Assembly: GCF_009914755.1 (NCBI RefSeq)
Contig: NC_060931.1
DNA: 64,000 nt
Source: the human T2T-CHM13v2.0 reference genome, Homo sapiens
Strand: one strand, 5' to 3'
The notes beneath the pieces are model-generated. The model was not told the DNA's origin, searched no databases, and saw nothing but the letters and a program-made list of their open reading frames with translations. The first letter of the stretch is position 1, and each line of letters opens with the position of its first letter. Below are positions 43,700-58,162 of this stretch, piece by piece. Both the position numbers and the translations under genes were made by a program.

Positions 43700-44900
43700 A
43701 TATTTTTTCTGTTTAAGATATTCCATTATATTTATGACGTTATGAGATTCCTTCAGGAGTGGTTGTTTGATAATCTGTAGTTTACTTAATCATTCCTATG
43801 GTGTTACAGACAGATTTATAAAGTTTTGCTATTACAAATTATGGCACCACAAATACCTATTTGAATCTGCCTTTTTTTTTTTTTTTTTGGAATTATTTAC
43901 TCAGTTTAAAATTTCTGGCCTGATGTTATTAGGTTAAAGGCTTTGCATATCTTTATAAGTCAAAGGATGTAGATTTTAACAAATGGCTTTTCAAGTGCTT
44001 TGCCAAATTGCTTTCTAATATAAATATATAAATTGTTAACAATAATGTATGGGTTTTTCAGTTTCACTTTTTGAGACCCTGAACAGTGATCGTTGTTGCT
44101 TTTTTAAAATAATTTTTTGTATTTATTCAATAAATATAAAGTGGAACTTCAGTGTTGTTTCAGTTTGCATTGCTTTGGTAAATAAAATGCGTGTGTGTTC
44201 TTTTTTTCTTCATGTGTCTTTAATAATTTAATTTCCTGTTGTGCATGTTCATGTTTTTGAGGTATTTTTCTTCTTGATTTTCTGTTTTTCTGTCAGATTG
44301 TTTATCCCCTGTATGTAACATACAAATCAACATTTTATCTTATGTTTGATAAACATATTTCTGCAATATGTTGTTTTTTTATTTTACCATGACTATTACT
44401 TTTCTTAGTGTTAAAGCTCAAACTGTTGTAAAAGTTACATTATTTTGTTTCTTTTATTGACTCTAGGTTTAAAAAGTTGTCATCTTTCAAAAAAATATTC
44501 AATTCTATTTTATGCTAATGTTTAGTGAACTAATTTATATGTGTGTGTGTGTGTTTATAAACCCACGGATACATATATGCACAAATACACATAGGGAGTT
44601 AGAGACATTAGTATTATAATGATAGTATATGGCATACATTTTGATCCATTTTTTTCCTCAAATTACTAGCCAGTTATGTCAGCCTCATTGATTACATAGC
44701 TTTCTGTCTTCTCCTCCCCAGTTGTTTTAAATTTCCCCTTTATCATATTATTACATTCTAACATATAATTAGATATTTTACTGGGCTTTATTTTTTTATT
44801 CACTGATCTATTTCAAATTAGATATAAAAATATTTTTAAAATTTAATTCTTCAAATTATTAATGCTTGATAATATGCTTTAAATGTAGTAGGTTCAGGTC
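43700..44900 (-). mobile_element. Degraded old L1M fragments, with a short (TG)n at ~44539-44553
   Basis: T-rich L1ME/MC-like motifs (ttttgctattacaaat, tgccaaattgctttct, gtttgcattgcttt). Confidence 0.5.
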
Positions 44901-46452
44901 TTCTTTTCCAAAAACATTGAGCTTCTCCTGTGTTACAAACTGTGAATATGGAAATTAAAATTATACGGTTTCCCCACTCATAGTAATCAAAGTCTTGCTG
45001 GAAAAACAGACATGTAAAAATGTAATTATACTATAATGCTACAAATCCAGAATGGAGAGATGAACAAAGCACTGATAGCACCGAGGTGACAGTATATTTT
45101 TACCTTTTTCCCCTATATTTTCTAGTTCTAATGAAAGTTTGATTATCATCTAAATTGCTAATTTATTATATCTACAAAATAACTTAGAAAAATTTGATTT
45201 TTTAAAATCCTATAATCTTCTCCCTCAGGGTTATTGTCTGTTTCATCTTTTTAATTTTCTAATTAAATTCTGTAGTTTTCCTTAATGTTAAATACTGGTT
45301 AGAAACATTTCATGTTAAACATACGCATCTTATGGATATTATTTGTGACAGTCTACAGGTAATTCAGTGTTTGATTTATTTCTTTAAAGAAGCCTATATT
45401 TTGGGTTTACCATTCACAGGGAAAATCGGAGCCCATACTTTTTTATCTTTCTTTATTGAGTGTGGGGTCTCAAACATTCATTGGTAATACCTTTGGGATT
45501 TGGTAAGAAATACTGCACACAGATACAATGTAGAAATTTCATTGAGATTTTTTTAATAGTAACTTTTAATAGTTAAAATTTTGAATAGTTGCTTTTGAAA
45601 TGAATGATAGGCCAATGAAAAATTTGTGTGCCATGAAAGCTATATTTTTATGAAAACCTGATTGGAATTATGGAAAACAATCTGTGTTTTATAGTCATGG
45701 AAACCTGTGACTGATGATCATTTTTGGAATGTTAATTGTAATTTCTATCATTGCAGCTGTTAATTGGTAACAAGGAGGGGATTAAAGGCATTAAGGAGTT
45801 TTGGAAAATAAAACTTAAACACACATCAAATAGCAATCATTTCTGGAATTCTGCTCATATTAGTTGTATAAACCTGACTATTAAAATATAGAATAAAGTT
45901 TATTTCATTATTCCAGTTTCTAAACTGTATATTATTTAAAAATATGTTTGTATTTACAAATTAGGTCAGGAGTAAGCAGGGCCTCAGTGACGTAAATAAA
46001 TCCCAATGGAGGCTTGTCTTTGGACTTTCTCTTTTGTGTAATTCTTTGTATATACAAGATCCTTGGCCAAGATCCCATTATACAAAAGAAAAGGTGGGGA
46101 TGTGGGGGAGGGTGAATATTCCCAGAGAAATTCAGCCTTTCAATTACTTGATTATTCTTGTGGTTGCAGGAAATTAAAGAATAATAAGTTTGTTTCCTAT
46201 GTGAATCATAAAAAAATAATAAGGGTACACACAGGGCCATTGACTTAAATAAATGGATGGACCTTAAAAAATTCACTTTTTGGAGGGGTGCATCATGCTT
46301 TTTGAGGACACACTGAAATTTTGTTGGTAATCCCAGTTCCAAGCCTTTCAAGTTAGTTTAAGTGTAGGAAGAGGAGTGGCAGCAACTGGATAATAAATTT
46401 AGTACAAATGTTTATTTTATTTCATTTATGTATTGCCTCATTCAAAAAATGA

Positions 46453-46775
<323 letters not shown>

Positions 46776-46934
46776 CTGATTTGAAATATCTTATAAGAAC
46801 ATGTTCAACTTAATAATAATAAAATGTGTATAGAAGAAAAGGTGCATTATCTGGAAAAGTATAAATAAGAAGAAAGTCCTAACTGGAAACAAGAAAATAA
46901 ATATTTTAGGATCCATGCAATTTTGTTTTGATTC

Positions 46935-47074
46935 ATTATTTTTATTTATTTATTTTTAATAAAGATAGGTTCTCACTCTATCATCCAGGATGGAGTGTAG
47001 TGGTGCAATCGTAGCTCACAGCAGCCTTGAACTCCTGGGCTCAAGCTGTCCTCTCACCTCATCTGCCCAAGGAG

Positions 47075-47075
<1 letters not shown>
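46935..47075 (-). mobile_element. Truncated AluJ/FRAM right arm followed by a long T run (47077-47105)
   Basis: ctcactctatcatccaggatggagtgtagtgg...gcagccttgaactcctgggctcaagc. Confidence 0.85.
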
Positions 47076-47105
<30 letters not shown>

Positions 47106-47235
47106 GATTTGAGCTTTCTAGCAGCCAAAACAAAAAGAGTGCTGTGGCATAAAAGGATAGATATAGATGCCATGTCTTTTGCCACACACGTGTGCATGCA
47201 TACACACACACACACTTACATACTGTCTCTCATAA

Positions 47236-47637
<402 letters not shown>

Positions 47638-47919
47638 TAAAATAAATTTCTCATACGTATGCTTAGTAGTACTTTCGTTTCAAAGAACTAGCTTACCTGT
47701 GGGTGATTTCAGACCAACCTGTTCAGTTCTTCTGTTTGAGAGACAAATTCAAATGCTTATAGTTACCCAGATGACCACCTTTCACATTTTCTATCTCATC
47801 CTAGCTACCACTTCTCCCTTAACATCACCTGCAACAAACAAAATGACTCCCCTAATCTGAAGCCAATTTTAATTTATGGGATGGACCTAGTCATTTGTAT
47901 CCAAAATGTCTGAGAGTAT

Positions 47920-48224
47920 CTTTTTTTTTTTTTTTTTTTGAGACAGGGTCTCTCTTTGTCATCCAGGCTGGAGTACAGTGGCATGAACAAGGCTCAGGCA
48001 GCCTCCAACTAACTCCTGGGCTCAAGTGATTCTACTACCTCAGGCTCCTTAGTAGCTAGGACTACAGGTTCGCACCACCACACCTGACTAATTTTTATAT
48101 TTTTTGTAGAGACTGGCTTTCGCCATGTTGGCCAGGCTGGTCTCCAACTCTTGGACTCAAGCAATCCACCTGCCTCTGCCTCCAAAAGTGTTGTGATTAC
48201 AGGCCTGAGCCACTGCACCCGGCC
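47920..48224 (-). mobile_element. AluJ-type element
   Basis: gagacagggtctc...gcagcctcc...ctcctgggctcaagtgat. Confidence 0.93.
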
Positions 48225-49232
48225 TGTAATATATTTTAAATTGTAAACAAAGTTATCATTGATAAGATATAGAAAAAAATTTAAAAAAAAATTTTATCTA
48301 GCTGTCAATGAGAAGGAAAGCAAGCTAAATAATGAAAATTAAATTAGCATGAGGAAAATGAAAAATAAAGAGAGACTGGAAGATACCACATAATTATGTG
48401 GCTCATAAGTCTAAGAGTTTTGAAATAATAATTGAGTCAGGAAAAGACTTCTGCCTTACTCATATGTGCATTTTTTGCATTTAATATTTTATTATATACA
48501 ACTTAATTGTCCCTTAGTTAAGTCCTAATCCACTGAATAAACAAAAGTAATTAGTCAACATACCTTGCTTAGCAGCTTTACCTTTTTCAAATTTTATTTT
48601 GTTTATTTATTATGTCATTTCCAAATTCCTGTGGGCCTTTTGGTCTGTAATCTCCATAAACCACTGTAGGCATAGACATTTTAATGGAAAGGGCTAGTGA
48701 CTTTTCTGGTTTTGTGACCTTTTACATTCTGATTCAACAAAACTTTATTGGTCACCCGCTTATATAACAGTCACTATGCCAAGAGATTTTTCATACCTTA
48801 TCACATATTACTTTCCATAATAAACCCATGAGGTAAATACTTTATGGTCCCCATTTAATATAGGACACTGCTAATAAGCCTCAGGGAGAAATGAGCCCAG
48901 ATCACATTGCTAGTAAGTGCTAAATTTTGGCTCAAACCCATCTTGACGCTTGAAGCCAGTGTTCTTTCTATAGCCATATCTCTTGCTAAGTACTTCTGAC
49001 TTTTACTTAAGATATAGTCTTCTCTTTGATTATTAATTACTCTGGTGTGAACTGTGATCTTTTATGAAATCTAAGACTGCTACTATTATCCGGGCAAAAT
49101 TGTGGAATTGAATCATTGAGATGCTGATTGAATTGTTGTTGATGGTTCAACAATTTTGAGATGAGACAGATCAAATTTTCCTTTATTGAAATCAGAGTGG
49201 TTGGAGCTTAATAAAAAAGCAGAACATCTTAA

Positions 49233-49548
<316 letters not shown>

Positions 49549-51944
49549 AAGAGAAGGTACTTTTTTTTTTTTTTAACACTGACATTAGTTCTCTTTTTGA
49601 CTGCTAAGGATAACTACAAATGATACATTCTGTAAACCTTTTGTCTGAAATAATAAAGAAAGTGAAGCACAGTAGGAATTCTTTAAAATGTTGTCTTGTT
49701 CATTGGGCATTTATTGGGTACCTAGTATAATCCAGATATTCTGTGGTGTTCTGTGATACAACCTTAAATAAGACAAGACATAGATCTGGCTCTCAAAATA
49801 TTTATAGTCTAAGGGGGAAACTTTGAATTTATAATTAGATTGTTAATTTTCAAAAATTAAAATTCAATAAGTTGCTTATTAGCGTCATCGGCTTTGGAAA
49901 TTTAACACTTTTCTAATGAAGAACATAAGTTCCAGTTAAGAGGGTTTCCTATTTCAGACAATGTAGAATAAATCAGCTTGTTCCATAACTTTTAATATTT
50001 TTCAAATATAACTCGCATTTTACCTTTAGAACTAAAGATATGTCGAGAAGAGTTCATTATAATGTAATTGAGTCACTTACCAAGCCTATTTTAAAACCAG
50101 TTACTTCCTTTTCTTACTTTGCACTCTGTGACACATAGACTTCCAGAATCAGAGAAGTATTGTTTTTGTTTTTAGGCACTTGCTATATTATGTGGAACCA
50201 AAGCCAAGTTAATATGGCTAAGTAATTTTCAGTTCAAGGTAGGATATTAGATAGAAATTCTCTTTTCTACTTCTAGATTTGGACATGAAGTAGCTTTTCA
50301 TGTTATAAAATGACAAATTTTATTTATTTGTAATGAAATAATCCCTTTTATTTATAGCCAAGTTCATCATTTTAACACTTAATCTTCCATGACAGTCCGG
50401 AGGAGAAGAAACTTGGCAACCATTCATTATTATCTGTTTTTATCATCAGAAGGTATTTATTTGTAGGGGGAGTGTAGAAATGATGTCAAGGGTAGGACAT
50501 TTTTGTACAGGACGGCCTTTCCTTTGGAGTCATGATGGTAAATATGACCACAGTTACTTAAAATGCATGCAAATAGTTACCAGTCAAGATGTATAAAGTT
50601 CCCTGGAAACTCAGAAGCATGTGATTATAGCTGTGGAATGAGAATGCCTAATAATAAAAGGAGAAAATGTCAGTTTTGGATTAGTGATTTAGGAATCCCA
50701 TCAGTGACTATCTAATCAGCAGCATTTCACCCGTTGTTTTACAAAGCTCTTATTGAGCTGTGCTTCCATACCTTTGGGCTTGTATGAAGATCTGCTCATC
50801 ATAGAAGCCCACTTACCTATAGTTTCAACATGACAAATCTGAGCTTAAACACAAATTAGAATATTTAGGCCCTGAGGCTATTTCTTGGATTTAAATATAG
50901 CACATAGTAGGTGAACTTTGAGCTTGATAATGCTGTGGTACAGTGAGAGAAGGCCAGTGTCAAGGATATCTGAATTGATTTGACCTTTTGTCCTTGCATG
51001 TGAAAATGACGTGCTTCTGTAGAAGTCTATATACTCATGACTTCCTTCTAAAATGATTATTGTACAGTATTCTATGGACATTTGATTTGATTCTTCTCAC
51101 AAAATTATCGAGACATCCACTAGTGTCTACTTAATTGATGGCAAACAAGAAGAAAACTGTAATCTGGAGATAACTAGGTAAACCACATATTCTACATCTG
51201 TGCCTGGATAGAATGACTTTTGTGGTTATGTATGCAGCAAACACTTTTGAGTGCTGGTCATTTCCCTAAGCTCTGAGAATGCAAAAGTGTGCCGTGTCCA
51301 TTGTGATTATTGTGGTGAATACAGAGTGTTGTGAGAGTAAATAATGTGGAGGGAGTGAGAAAAGCCTCCTGTGAGGACATTTAGCTGAGAAGGAAGGGTA
51401 AGGAGGAGACTTAAGAGGGCGTCAGAAGTTCTGGAGGGAAGGGGAGAGTGGGAGTTTGAGGGACAAATGGCCGTCATGGTGGAGTGAACGAAGGGGAAAG
51501 TCACCTGGGATTAAGGATAAAGAGAATTCTTGAGTAACTAAAAAATTGATTTGTTCACGTTGCTCAGTGATTCTCTGACTGTGTTTCTTTGGGGAGAGGC
51601 TTATAAAAATTAGAATGTCCAAGTCTTCATAGCTATCTAAATGTTTTCTGCATGTTTCTGTCCAGCACCTATGTCTGACTTCATCCCAATTTGATGATTA
51701 GGATGATGATAAACAGGATGATGAATAATACAACTATGGAGATTTAAATTAGAAGAAAAAATCTTCTTTATCTTTTTTTATTGTAAGATTTATTAATACA
51801 AATCTGTATTGTTATTCAGTTCTAGAATGTTCTAATATGCTTCTTCCATCCAAAGTTATGATTACTTCTTTACCTCATATAATATTATTACATTTTCTTA
51901 CAATAAAATACATTTTTAAAATTCACTATTAACCCTGTCTGTGA

Positions 51945-52180
51945 TGAGACAGCATAATCTTGTGGTTAATATTAGCTCAGGCTCTGTAGCCAGAAAATAC
52001 GGGTGTGAATTCTTGTTGCGTCATCAAAGATACAGATGTGAGTCCTGGCTGTATCATTCACTGACTGTTTACATTTAATATGTTATTTAGCCTTCAAAAC
52101 CTTTGTTTACTCATCTGTAAAATGGGATAATAATTGTACCAGCCTCCTAGGATAGGTAAGATGTTGCAGTGAAGTTTCTT
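51945..52180 (+). mobile_element. MIR
   Basis: tttactcatctgtaaaatgggataataattgtacc. Confidence 0.75.
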
Positions 52181-55100
52181 GTTACGATGTATTTCCTTGA
52201 TTATTTCATAAGACAGAGGAGGCATCTTTTCTGTGTTCCTCCCTTGAGATACTAAAATGGCCAGGGAGCAGGTAAGTTCCAAAGATTAGGTTTCAGACTG
52301 TCATATACAACTTGTAGTCCATCTGTGCAGCTGGAGACTAAACCAAAGTGTCACATAAACCTTTTCCTAATCAAAGTGGTTGTTCATTTATTAATGTAAA
52401 TGCCCTGTGCCTTGGATGTGTGAGTCCTAAAAATACACTTCCAGGGATAAAAATAGATTTCTGGGAGTTCTGAGATGCTGCTTAATCAGAACCAGCTGCA
52501 AGCTGTCTAGAAAACGCAAGTTATATGAGCCAGATGGCTTTTGCCCTTTTTGCTTTAGACAGCATGTAATTTGGATAACTACAGCTACAGTAATACATTT
52601 TGCCAGTCACAGTGTTTGATAAACATGTTTGTTGAGAACAGCCACTTCCAATTAGAGACCCAGTAAAATGTTAATTTATTTTAATAAATTTTCCCTCTAG
52701 GGCAAGACAAAGAATACTTTTGACAGGTTACAGAAATATCTGTTCATGGAACAGAGTACTGTTCAAAAGTTATTGTATGCCAGTGATTAATTTTTCAATT
52801 TGGCATTTAGAGAATGATGAGCAGTATTCATGACCTCCCCCTCCATTTTTCTCCTTACAACCTCATGTATATATAAGAGACCAGGATTTTTCATATTTGA
52901 AATTATGTTGCTTTACATGTAGAAAGATGGTTTAGCTAATTTTTAACTTTCTTCTACCCATGTCTAATTACTATAAACTCTGATACTAGTTACTGAATTA
53001 TTGCTTGCTTACAGATGCTTATTAATGTGGTAGTTCTTGGGATTTTTCTTTTATGATCGTATTCTTTGAGAAGAAATTTTCTCTGTTAGTCTTATGTAGC
53101 CATGACTGATTTTCATCAGCTGAGGACTGCAAACGTAGTCACTGATATTGGCTGAATTCTAATTTTATTCAGCTCCTATTCAGACAAAATAGTAAAGCTA
53201 AATGTGTAAGCTATTCACACTGTAAGACCTAAACTCAGATACAGCCTACTTTTAGGAGATGTGAAACTATCAATTCTTCCATTTTCACTGGTGGCACCAC
53301 TTCATGGAAAAGCGTATTTAAGCCCTGGTTTCCCATTACAGGAATTGAAATATTCTGTGCTTTATTTCTTGAGACATGTCTACCAGGCATCATGTAACAG
53401 ACTGTGAAGTACCTTTGAAGGATCTCTTGAGTCATAATTTTTCCATAATTCCAGTCCTTCCAGCTTTGTAAGTTTAGTAATCACCCAGCAGTTGTTTTTT
53501 TCCTTCCCCAGTTTAAGAGGAGAGGGTATTTCATTTCCAGGATAAGTGATATTAGAACATAAACATCATTATAATAGTAGCTACAGGTTTATTTACTCTT
53601 ACCAGGAACTATGCTAATCACTTTATACATTATTGCATTTAAGCCTCACTACAACATAGTATTATAAGGTATATATTTTTATTCTGTTTTGCAGATAAGG
53701 ATGTCACTATTAATATAACATTTTTATATTAATAGAGTATAATTGTTCTAGAATTATCACTAGAATGATGATTATTCAACATCATACAGAAAGTATTACA
53801 GCCAGAATTTGAAGCTACTCTTGTATTAATGGTGTGTCTGGCTCAGGATCTTTAATTCCACCCATTAAGCTATGAAAATTGGCATTTGACCTAACTAGGG
53901 CTGCTTTTTCAGAGGTAAATGCATGCCTCTGGCCATCTTCATATACTTCAAGGAATTTACAGTATTGCTTCTTAGCATTTATTTTAAGCTCAGATTGTAT
54001 GTGAAAGAGTCTGATCTCTCTCATCCCACCTTGTTAGATGAATTATAACTGATGTGCTTTAAAAATAATTCATACTGCTGGGGAAAAAATCTCACTTTGA
54101 TGCTTTTCCAGTATATAGTTAAGAATTACACTGATGGGTAGTAATTGAAGAAATTGGTAAGCACTTGTGTGATATGAAACAGCATAGGAAACTTATATAT
54201 AATATATGATAGCCATTATATATAAGCTTATATATAATGTGTATAACATTTACAAAAGCAAAATAATACCTTTATGTTTTTATTTAACAAAGTGAGATAA
54301 ATTCATTAGTGAATGCAGCAGGGCATACCTGCAAATTCTGTCATAGGTAGCAGGAAATAAAGCAAAGCATTGTTTATAAAAAGACCTCTTTGTTATGGTT
54401 CTGTCCACTCAAAGCAAACTGATGGGGGCATGGAAAAGATCTTATTACTTTTGACTATTTTGGAAGAGCATACTGTTGGTATTATTTTCATTTGCAGCTA
54501 TAAAATGGTACTTCTTGAAAGATACCATAAAATAATAGAACAGTTTATACTTAAGTACTATGGTATGATAATGGGCTTATGCTGTTTGTTAGCAAAGAGT
54601 TGGTGTTATTTGTTGTTTCTTGGAAATGAAAGGGAGAAACAGATAATATTCCTTTCTAATAAATGGATTATTCTATTCTACCCTATTCTATTAGACAATT
54701 TTATATCCAAACAATTACTGAACTCTATTTTTCATATTTCACAGAGTTGTACGCAAGATCTAGATTTGAATATGAAATCTGATACCTCCGTGGGCCAGTC
54801 GAAAAAAGCATTTTGATATCATTAGATGAGAGACATTATAGACATATTAGTTCTAGAGAAAGTCCCGGTCCTTTCTTTATGTCAAGAGATTTGTGTTAGA
54901 AAGAGCCAACAAGGCCTATGCACTCAATTAATATACATCAGTTTTCTGTTAGCATGTAAGGTCCTATAGTTGGTGTTCAAGAAAAGAACATGATACATGA
55001 AAAGTGATCTTTGCCAAATGTATCCATGTTTATGCTAATGTGGGTAAATTGTTCCTCTTTTACCATGTGAAGGATTGGTAGCTTAATAGTTTGCTTTGCT

Positions 55101-55626
55101 TAAATGATTTTATGTGGCAGTGTTGAGGATCTGCAGAAGTGACTGTGTCCTTGCCCTCAAAGAACTTTTGGCATTTGGCACCAAAAGGGGGCACTGCTCT
55201 CTTGTGACATAAAATGTAGTCCCCGAATAGTGGGGCTTTTGAAGGTTAGTGACTCCAAAGGAAATAGTAGATGAAAGGAAAACGTATTTACTTCATCTCA
55301 TGGGGGTCTTTCTTGCCTTGGTCTTCCTGAAGAAAAGATAAGCATTGGGCTGAAAATGTTTGTTATATACCCTTGGGCACCATTGGCATATTCCAAGCTG
55401 TTTTTGTCAATCATATAAATACATATTTAGACAATTTCTGAAACATTTCTCATAAAGAAAGAAGTCATTCATCTGGTATATCATATTCATATGCATGATG
55501 GCTTTCTAGAGTTGTGTCATTTCTTCACTATGGCTTCTCTCGTCTCGCACCTCTTCAGAAGGCACCCTTCCTTTCTTTTTTCAGTAAATACCACAATTTT
55601 ATTTTTAGGTGTATGCAGCATGAAAT

Positions 55627-55654
55627 GTATGTGTGTATGTGTGTGCCTGCGTGT

Positions 55655-55698
<44 letters not shown>

Positions 55699-55762
55699 CA
55701 GAGAGAGTTTGAGAGATAGAACAGAGAGATTGATTAATTGGTTGATTGATTAGTTGGTTAGT
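55627..55762 (+). repeat. Compound microsatellite (TG)n-(GA)n-(TTGA/TTGG)n
   Basis: Pure TG at 55656-55679, GA at 55679-~55730, then gattgattaattggttgattgattagttggttagtt. Confidence 0.93.
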
Positions 55763-55769
55763 TGGAGCT

Positions 55770-57060
55770 TTTCCCAGAAAGTTTTCCAACTGTTCTTATT
55801 GGCATATTTGAAAGTTTAACAAAATCTCATTAAAGTTCATGGATTTCACTGAAATCTCTTATTTTTATTAGATAATCAGTAATATTATAAGTATACATAA
55901 TCTGCCATCCCAATATTTTCAAATTTTAGTTCTTTTTCTATCGTATTGGTAAGAATGTTACAGTTTCTTCCTAATGTTGGTGATAGGCATCTGTACATCT
56001 GGTTTTGTTGGAAACAACTCTGCTAAATGTTTAATAAGGTGCTCATTGTAAGTTAAAGATAGGGAATCTTTATTATATTATAGAACTACCCTGGCCTATG
56101 CACATGTATTGAGATGACTGCATGTTATTTAGCATGCAGGGATAGGTTCTGTTTTAACATATTTTGACCTATTGATGTCGTAACTTCATTAGTAGATTAC
56201 CTAGTATTAAACCATTCTGGGATTTCTGATGTAAACACAATTGGACATGTTTTATTATTATTTAATATGCTGTTGGGTTTGGAATGTATTTCATCTAGCA
56301 TTTTTGCCTCTATATTTGTGATACTGAATGATAGTTTTCTGTTTTGTCAGCTGGTTTTCAGGTTTTAGTGTCAGGGTTACTAGGCCCATCACTTATGATT
56401 ATACAAGTTGTACACTGCCACCTATAATATTGTCATTTGCATAGTTATTATGACAGTTTTACAAAGGAGGACAGTAAAGTATCTTGAGGAAGGGACTTTT
56501 TTTTAAAACCGTATTGACTTACCATATCAACTAGCAGAATGTAACATTCTAAAACAGATTTTTAAAAAATTCCATATTTTTCCATTCCTTCAATGTTTAA
56601 AAGAATCCACGCAAAAAATCAGTCAGGTTTATTTGACAATAGTTGTTTACTTAAATTTCTTCTAGAACTGTTCATCTCTTTAGGGTTTATATATTCTACT
56701 CAGCTGGGATGATCTTTTAATTTTATTGAACTATTAAAATTCATTCTTTAACAACCAACTATACATAATATTCTTTATAATTCTTTTATTCTTTTCTGTG
56801 TTTTTCATCCCCCTTTTGTTACTTTACTATTTTATCTTTTTCTTGAATATTAAGATTTGCCTTTTGTTTTCCTCTTTTTTCCTTCTCCAAATACTTTTGG
56901 CTTTATTTACTGGAATGTAATATTTTAGTATTTGAAATTAACAACTGTTTTTATCTTTATTATTTTTTCCTCTTGCTTTCCTTAGATATAGTTTGTTCAC
57001 TTTTTTAAAAGGTATTTGCATTGAATATTTAGCTTTCTTATTTTCTCTTATTTTTTATTT
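55770..57060 (-). mobile_element. Degraded old L1M sequence with a MER91-like insert (~56383-56550)
   Basis: L1 ORF2-antisense-like motifs (taaaccattctgggatt, atttttgcctctatatt, ttttagtgtcagggtta); atacaagttgtacactgc...cagtaaagtatcttgaggaaggg. Confidence 0.5.
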
Positions 57061-57334
57061 TCAAAGGACCTTTTTGGGTACTTTTAAAGTTTGCTAATTT
57101 ACTGTAACTGGAACATTTAATATGGAGTTGAACCAACTAACATAGGTGTGCTATCCATGTGAGAATCCTTCGGAAACATTTAGCTTGACAAATTGAAACA
57201 CTGGAATTAATCTTAAAAATCTGTATTAGGATTGCATTGACAATGTCTAGTGTTTTAAAATGGCAGTTTATTCTCTGATTTTAAAAGCAGTACAAGTTAT
57301 CCGTGGATATTTGGAAAATATAGAGAAACATGCT

Positions 57335-58162
57335 TAGCTATGTAACAATTACCCTAAAATTTAACAACTTAAAATGACAAACATTAATTTTCTCACACAG
57401 TTTCTGAGGGTCAGAAATCTGGGAGAGGTTTAACTGGGCCATTTTTGCTGTGTCTCTCCTAAAGTAGTAGTCAGGCTGTGGGCTGGAGCTGCTGTTATCT
57501 GAAGGCTTGAATGGGGCTGGAGGACCCATTTCAAAAATGATTCACTCACATGGCTATTGACTGGAGGCCTTAGTTCCTCACTGGCTATTGGCAAAAGATG
57601 TTGGTTTTTTTGCCATGTGGGCCACTTCTTGCTGCAGAGTGAGTGATCCAAGACAGAGTAAAGTGGAAGCTACAATGTCTTTTATGAACTACTTTCAGAA
57701 GTTACATACTGGCTGGGTGCAGTGACTTGTGCCTATAATTCTAGCAGTTTGGGAGGCTGAGGTGGGCGGATCACTTGAGGCCAGGAGTTTGAGGCCAGCC
57801 TGGCCAACTTGGTAAAACTCCGTCTCTACTAAAAATACAAAAATTAGCCAGGCATGGTGGTACACGCCTGTAATCCCAGTTACTCAGAAGGCTGAGGCAT
57901 AAGAACCACTTGAACCTGGGAGATGGAGATTGTAGTGAGCTGAGATCACATCACTGCACTCCAGCCTGGGAGACAGGGAGAGACTCTGTCTCAAAATAAA
58001 TAAATAAATAAATAAATTTAAAAAGAAGTGACATACTGTTCCTTCTACTGTATTCCATTGACCCTACTAACCAACCGTTATACAGTGTGGGGGATAATGA
58101 CACAAGGGAGTAAATGCCAGAAGGTGCGGATCATTGGGCCATCTTGAAAGCTATCCACCACA
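57335..58162 (-). mobile_element. MaLR LTR (MLT1F-like) interrupted by an Alu
   Basis: tgtaacaattaccctaaaatt...tctcacacagtttctgagggtcagaaatctggga...tctgaaggcttgaatggggctggagga...ggccatcttg. Confidence 0.85.
57711..58023 (+). mobile_element. AluS-type element nested in the MLT1 LTR
   Basis: TSD agaagt(t/g)acatact at 57697-57710 and 58024-58037; (TAAA)n tail. Confidence 0.95.

Noticed and set aside
45932-46351. 139-aa minus-strand ORF
   Set aside because: Non-ATG start, no motif, background composition.
54370-54816. 148-aa ORF, the longest non-repeat ORF in the track
   Set aside because: Non-ATG start, AT-rich I/L/K/F-biased composition and no recognisable homology.
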